This document shows, piece after piece, positions 57,641 to 64,000 of a DNA stretch of 64,000 nucleotides. Numbering within the stretch: position 1 is the first letter of the stretch; every line of letters starts with the position of its first letter. Location of the stretch: NCBI RefSeq assembly GCF_009834535.1, contig NC_045696.1, positions 57,972,001-58,036,000 on the forward strand, given 5' to 3'. The DNA comes from Camelus ferus. Its lineage: Eukaryota. A program made the translations under genes and the position numbers. The notes under the pieces are model-generated. The model saw only the letters and a list, made by a program, of their open reading frames with translations, was not told the DNA's origin and searched no databases.

Positions 57641-59104
57641 TGTATTCAGCTCCTGCTGTGTCAAGAATTTTTAAAAGCTAGATTCATTGCTGGATATAAA
57701 AAGAGAGTTATTTATACTGAAACTTCTTTATGTTCTTGCCTTGATTTCACTGACAAATTATGGGAATTAAGGAAGAAGTTGATATGTAGGATAGAGATTT
57801 CATTTATTTTTAATTCAGGGATATGATTGACTTATGGAAACAAAAAAATTTACCAAACAGAGTAAAGACTTCTAGAATGTAAGGGCTTTAAAATATCTAC
57901 CTTCTTGTATGTAGAATAACTCACAAGATTGTGCTTTCTGACTGATGGTAATATGTCATCCAAATACCTTGAATTTGAAACTGCAAGGAGGAAGGACACT
58001 GCTGATTTTTTTAGAAGGTGCTCTGGTTGGGCTGTGAAAGATGCATGGATCGGGCCGATGGCCCTCGTTCCCAATTGCTGATCTGCCCTCATTCAATGGA
58101 ATGAAAAGATGCTTTAAAACATCATACCCAATTATGTTACAGGCTGGCTTCTCCAGGGATCTGACACTCACATGAAGTGTAGTATGCAGGATGTTTACTA
58201 GGGAATGCCCTTGGGGTCAGCACCTGTAGAAGGGAGACAGAAGAAGCTGGATTGGACAAAGAGGTCAAGCTGCAGTGTGGGCCAGAAGATAGCTTCAGTT
58301 GACCCCAAAGGGTGCTTGACCACTAAAATGGCCTGTCAGAGCTGTCCCATGTTTGGCTGGGAAGGCTGGGCCTTTATATTCTCAACCAAATCAGTCATTG
58401 GATGAAGGCTACCCCAGGAAGGGCATGGCCTTGGGCAAGGCAGCTCTGCCACTGATGTAATTCCTAATGAGCCGAGAGCTGAAGGCTGTTGGCTGATAGC
58501 ATGTCCAGCAGCTGAGTCAACAGGTCTCTCCTTAAAGCAGACCCTGCGTGGTGCGTCACTGTGACTACCTCAAAAGAGACAAACACTGTGGCTGAGAATG
58601 GATCATCCATTCAGTTTCTAAGTATGGCTTTTGCCTGCAAACATCAGGATTCCAACCAGGAGCGATGAGTTTCAAGGGGAATTGACTGAGCTATAAGCAA
58701 AGGAGACTTGAGAACATGACATAGTCTCCCTGGAGTTTGGGGATGATTTTATCAACCTCTGAATTTCTGAAATTTCTGCCTATGTGGTCAAATTCTAGGC
58801 AAAGTTGTGTCATCTCAAGTCTATGAATGTATTTTAGTTTCTGGCTATGAACTGCATTTTTATGACTCTTTTCAGCTTACTTTGGATTTGACCACTGCTC
58901 ATTGAACTTGAGAAAAAAAATTATTAGTAAGGACACAGGATTTGATAAAACAGATTTGGATGTTGTATTGTTAAAAGTCACTTTCCTGTACCCTATGACT
59001 TATTTAGTTATAAAACACCTGTAATTCGAAATGACCACATTATCTTTCAAGTTACTACTTTGAAGAATATTATTTAATCCAATTGATTTGACAGGACCAT
59101 GCTT

Positions 59105-59648
59105 GTGCAGAAAAGAAAGTTAATTAACGCAGCAGGCCTGAGACACATCCTTGGAAAGGCCTGCTTGCAAAGTTGGCCTCTGGTTGGCATCTGATCTTAA
59201 ATTTGGGGAGGGGCCCCCCAGTTCCCTAATTGATAAGAAATATGGCTCACTTTGTACGACCAACGTGGTTTGTGTTGAATGCCCAGCTTTCCTTCAGGGA
59301 GTCTGGAATTTTGGTTCATGCTAAGTAGAGAGTGCCTGCGTGACCAGCCCTAAATAAAAACCTTGGGCACTGAGTCTGTAATGGGCCTTCCTAGCAGACA
59401 ACATTTCACATGCGTGGTCATAATTCAGTGCTTGAGGAATTCAGTGCATCTTTTGCGACCTCACTGGGAAAAGACCCTTGGGCCATCTTTCCTCCAGACT
59501 CCCCCCATGCACCTTCCCACTGCTAACTTTGCTTTGTATCCTTTCACTGTAACAAATTGCAGCTGTGAGTATTTCTGTGCTCTGAATTTTGTGAGTCCTC
59601 TTAGATTATTACTGAACCCGAGGGGTGATCTTGGGACCCCCAACACAG
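59105..59648 (+). mobile_element. ERV LTR-like element
   Basis: tgtgcagaaaagaaagttaa...gcctgcttgcaaagttggcc...gtgatcttgggacccccaacaca. Confidence 0.65.
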
Positions 59649-62600
59649 TATTATTATCCTACATGTAATTAAATCATGTTTTTCTGTCTGATGGTCTACA
59701 CCTGGGAAATGTAGTACTCAATGATACCTTTTCTTAAATTAAAGCCAAAAGTAGTCATGTTTACTCATAAAGTTAAGTGAATAAAAGATTGGTGGTTAAT
59801 ACAGAAGACAGAGGATAGATTTCAAGGACTAATATCCACTATTAGCCATTTCCATAGAACTGATACAATCTGGGACCAAGAGCCAGTAACTAAGATCTCC
59901 AATCCATTTTCTAAGAAGCCTGGAAAAAAGCCTTCACCTCACCCCTTCTCATCACCCCCTTTCTACCTCCCCTCTCAAACAAAGGATGGGAGAGATGAGG
60001 CAAAAGCAAGGCCGGTGAGGGACCATGCTGTGAGCTGTCAGCAGCCCTGCGAGCAGCAGCTGGGGAGGGGGTTTATTACCCTGCAGAAGGGATCTGAGCA
60101 GAACAGCACTGAGAAGGATAGCGCTGAGCTCTAGGGGAAGATTGCCTGGGTTTGTATCCCAGCGTTACCTTTAACCAGCTGTGTGACACTGGGGCAAGAG
60201 AGTTAACCTTTTTGTGCCTCAGTTTCCTCTTAGTAAAATGGAGGAAATATTAATTTTCTCATAGGCTTGTTGTATTAATTATTACATTTTAACCTTTAAG
60301 CTACAGTGTGTCCTTGTTTTATGATTTTCGTTACTGCTTTTATTTTTTCCAAGGTATATTTCTCAAAGGTAAAGAAGAGATTAATGAATGTCTTGGTGAC
60401 TAACTGGGCGCAGAAATGAAAGGAAGCCATCAGCTTCAAAGCCTATTTGACTAGGAGAATATTAGTACAGCACTTGTACTAAGCTGTGTGTGGGGTTGGG
60501 AGGAGAGCGTACTGACTGCTCTATCTGACAGTACCACCTCTGTTGGGATAAGGGTATAGTTTTGTGCGGAAGCTGGCTCATACTGGATCACCAGAGCTGA
60601 CTGTTCAATTTTCAGAAGTTTTGTGAGCCAGATATTAACCACCATTATTTAGAATTACATTGTATGAATTTAGAGAGGTAACAGAAAAGTGGCTTACCCC
60701 ACTTCTGACATCATGTCCTCTTTTCGGGGTCCAGACTAGGAATTTCAGGAGCCAAGCGAAGCGAAGAGGTGAGCATGAGAAACAGGGGGCCTGGAGCTGG
60801 TTCGTAGAAAAGTTGAAAGGAGCCTGATGCTAGGTTTATAGAAGTTCGTAGAGAAGCTGAAAGGGGAAATTTTGAGGAAACAGAGAAAGGGAAGTTCAGC
60901 CCCCAAATGTAAATGTGAGTGTTCTATTAAAATCAGCTGAGACTATGAGGTGGCAGGAGAAACAAGGAACAGCCACGTAAAAAAACAGCCACCTCTCTGT
61001 TGGCGTCCGCTCCCCTTCCTCCCCCCCTCCCCCCCCTCACCCTTGATAGGGCACTTGCTTCCTTGGAAGGAAATGAGCTTCAGGAGGCAGACGCCCCTGT
61101 GAAACAGAAATGTGAGAGAATTAGCACACTGTAGGTGGGGGAGGTTATGGGTTCAACAAGTGAAAAGGGTCAAAATTTAGGAGAGAAGACAAAGTACTTC
61201 AGGGGCTAATGATGGTTAACAATTTGCTCCTAGAAATTTTTTCCCTTGGCTTTCAAGACCTGCCATCCTGATCCTCTGATAGTTCCTCCCCAGTCGACCC
61301 GGGAATGATGAGCAGACCATATGTGTGGCCAGGCACATTGCTGAGGATTAAATAAATCCTCAAAAGAAATCCAGAAATGGCTAGCTAAAACTTTTACTAT
61401 AGTTTCAGCTTCACTCTGATTTTTATAAAATGATGGTGTGAGGAAAAAGATAAACTGTTTGCCCTGTTCTGGACCCTCAAACTGGGGAGAGGAGAGTGCT
61501 GATTTTAGTTGTGGTTTGAAATGAAAGGGTGACAATGCTCTGAAGGGAAAGTCACTACTGTGTGGCTGAGAGCAGTTACCCCGCCCTTCTGCATCCTCCC
61601 CACTTACCCCTGTTGGGGTCCAGGGTGATTTGGACTGGGTGATGAGCGCCACCTGCAGGAAGAAAGCTGGAGGTAGTAAGTAACTTAGGGTTTAGCATTA
61701 TTCTGGATCAGAAATTAAAGTCCAGTAAACACTCTTTGACCCATCTCTGGTTCTCTTCTTCCTGAAATTTAGTTTCACTGTGACTAAGAGACAATACGTA
61801 AGGTCTAGCCCTGCAGGAAGAAGCAGCTCTAACTTTGGCAGAGTCTAAGAGACCTCATAACCTCCTTCACAAAGAAAACAGAATCCGGCAGGAGAGAATT
61901 CCCAGACCTCCCCAACACCAATCATTCAAAATCACCCACTTCCGTACTCCACCCGCACCTTCTTCCTGGTGCAGTGGGGAAACTGTCCCCTTCCTGAGGC
62001 TAGTGCCTCCAGTATCCCTTCCCACCATCTCTCACAATCTGTGTCCTCAACCTTCCTTACACTTCTTTCTACAAATATTTAAACATATCTAAGACTCTTC
62101 AATCTTAAATATATTTAAAAAGCCAGAAAAACAAAAATAACAACTCCCTGATTCTATAACCCCGCAAGATGCTACCTAACTTCTTCCTCTTGTTCACAGT
62201 CACACTTCCGGAAAAAGCTGACAATGCTTGCTGCCTCTACTTCCTTCCCTTCCTTTTGGCCCTCAGTCTACTGCCGTCTCCCTCTACTCCCCCCTCACCA
62301 GGAGACAGTGCTTGCCAGGTTCTCAGGGTCCAACAGACATTCTCTTATCTGATGTGTTGGTAGTATTTGCATGATGATCCCTCCTTCTCATTTGAAACAC
62401 TCCCTTACTATGGTCAAGGAGACACACATTCCTAGCCTCTCTCCCACCTCCGTGCTCCCACTGGGTAGATGCCACTATTAACTATTCAGTTGCTCAGGCC
62501 AGCGTGGATGACCATGGAGTCGCACTTGAGTGTCTTCTCTCCCTGCCCATATCCTTCAGCAAGAGCAATATAGTTTGGAATCCCACCCCTTCTCAGTCCT

Positions 62601-63452
62601 GCTTAGCCAGCACCCTGGTCTCAGCCACCCTCACCTCTCACCTGGGACACTACAGTAGCCACTTGGCTGACCTCCTGCCTCTACCCTGGCTACCACTCAG
62701 CAGCTCAGATGACCTTCCACAAGTAAATCCCAAGGAACTCCCCTCTTCCCAACCCTCCAAGTTTATCCCCAATCCCCTTAGGCTTCCAGTTACACGTTGC
62801 TTCCCCATAAACCCTCCCGGAGCCCCCACACCTGGGCTTGGAGCCCTTCCTCATTTGTTCCAGGAACATTGGTTATTCCTTCCAAAAGCACTTATTTCAC
62901 TGTGTCCAAACTCCTCTGTCCCCACAGCTTCATGAGCTCAGTGAGGGCAGGGACTCTGTCTGTCTGCTGCGTCCATTCTGAGTGCATGGCACCTAGCAAA
63001 TATTCCATAAAAAATAGCTGTGAATGTACTGATCTCCTCACATTTCTAGACATAATCTTAACAGATCAGGGAACAAATGCAAAAGAAGGAAAGCAGGGTA
63101 AAATTCTGATAATGAATTGATTGTGGAAAGAAGCGCTCAAATGGGCCCCAAACGTTCTAAAAACTCTGTAAAATACCAGTCTGCGGCAAAAGTGAAGCCA
63201 TCTTTGTGCCTGAACAAGGTCTAGTGACCCAGAGCTGCTGATTTCAGCTGTGGCTTGGGTGAGTGGAAGATAGTGCCCTGAGTTTACGGTCCCGCGTACC
63301 CAAACGGAGGGGAGCCACAAAGGCGATGGCCAGTCTTTGCTGTGGTCCAGAGATGAAGGTCAAAAATTGGGAGCTTTCTAGTCTAATCTTGGAGCAACTG
63401 TTTACAGCCAAAGGGAATTTGTAAACTTACAATTTAAAGAGAAGATAAATTT

Positions 63453-63514
63453 TTCCGGGGAAGCCATAGGCAAGAAACGTTGGGCGGGAGTTTTCCAAGA
63501 AACGAAAGCGAAAG
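63453..63514 (+). promoter_or_regulatory. PARP14 proximal promoter: TTC-N4-GAA (63453-63462), GC box, kB-like GGGAGTTTTCC, GAS TTCCAAGAA (63493-63501) overlapping ISRE GAAACGAAAGCGAAAG (63499-63514)
   Basis: Motifs read directly, 64-125 nt upstream of the ATG, at the edge of a CpG island. Confidence 0.75.
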
Positions 63515-63577
63515 AGACTTAACCTCTGGGAGTTTGGGGTGGGACCAGCAGTCTCAGCTGGACTAGCTGAGGTGAGG

Positions 63578-63764
63578 ATGGCTGCGTCCTGCTCCTTCCC
63601 GCTGCTGGTTGAAGGGTCCTGGGGCCCCAACCCCCCGAAGAACTTGAGCACCAAGTTGCAGATGTACTTCCAGAGCCCAAGGAGATCCGGAGGCGGGGAG
63701 TGTGAGGTCCGCCAGGAGCCGGGGAGCCCGACCCGCTTCCTCGTGCTCTTCGACTCCAACGACG
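63578..63764 (+). CDS. PARP14: PARP14 (BAL2/ARTD8/CoaSt6) exon 1; gene continues beyond the window
   Basis: [62 protein letters not shown] resembles human [44 protein letters not shown]; donor G|gtgagg; CpG island. Confidence 0.96.
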
Positions 63765-64000
63765 GTGAGGGGGACTAGGGGTGCGGGTGAGAGGGGACAG
63801 CGGGGCTCTCCTTCCAGGGGAAACTTGGGGCTGGGGACACGCGGCGGGAGAACCGGGCCGGACCCAGAAGCAGCTGAAGGGGAGGGCATGAGGGGCGCGG
63901 AATGGACAAGGTGCCTTGAGGGCGCTGCGGTTCCCCCTGAGCTGCGCTTCCAGGCGCTCCCGGAGGCAGACCGCGCCCGTGGGTTAAATAAACTTTTAGC

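Overview
Mammalian genomic DNA, most likely camelid (two tRNA-Ala-derived Vic-1-like SINEs), covering the interferon-inducible macro-PARP cluster. PARP9 is on the minus strand: a non-coding exon 1 and seven coding exons, with the 3' catalytic-domain exons beyond the left edge. It is head-to-head with a complete 5-exon DTX3L (736 aa, RING + Deltex C-terminal domain) across a short bidirectional CpG/ISRE promoter. A decayed PARP15 locus follows (about 31-45 kb), and the promoter and exon 1 of PARP14 lie at the right edge. The most interesting signal is the PARP15 locus. Besides two recognisable PARP15 macrodomain-region exons, it holds collinear fossils of PARP14's promoter cassette, exon 1 and N-terminal RRM/KH exons, so it looks like a whole-gene PARP14 duplicate that decayed. 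Several lineage-specific splice changes are also visible in PARP9 and DTX3L. Comparisons with human proteins are from recalled sequences aligned by eye, not from a search. Repeat family names and boundaries are approximate.
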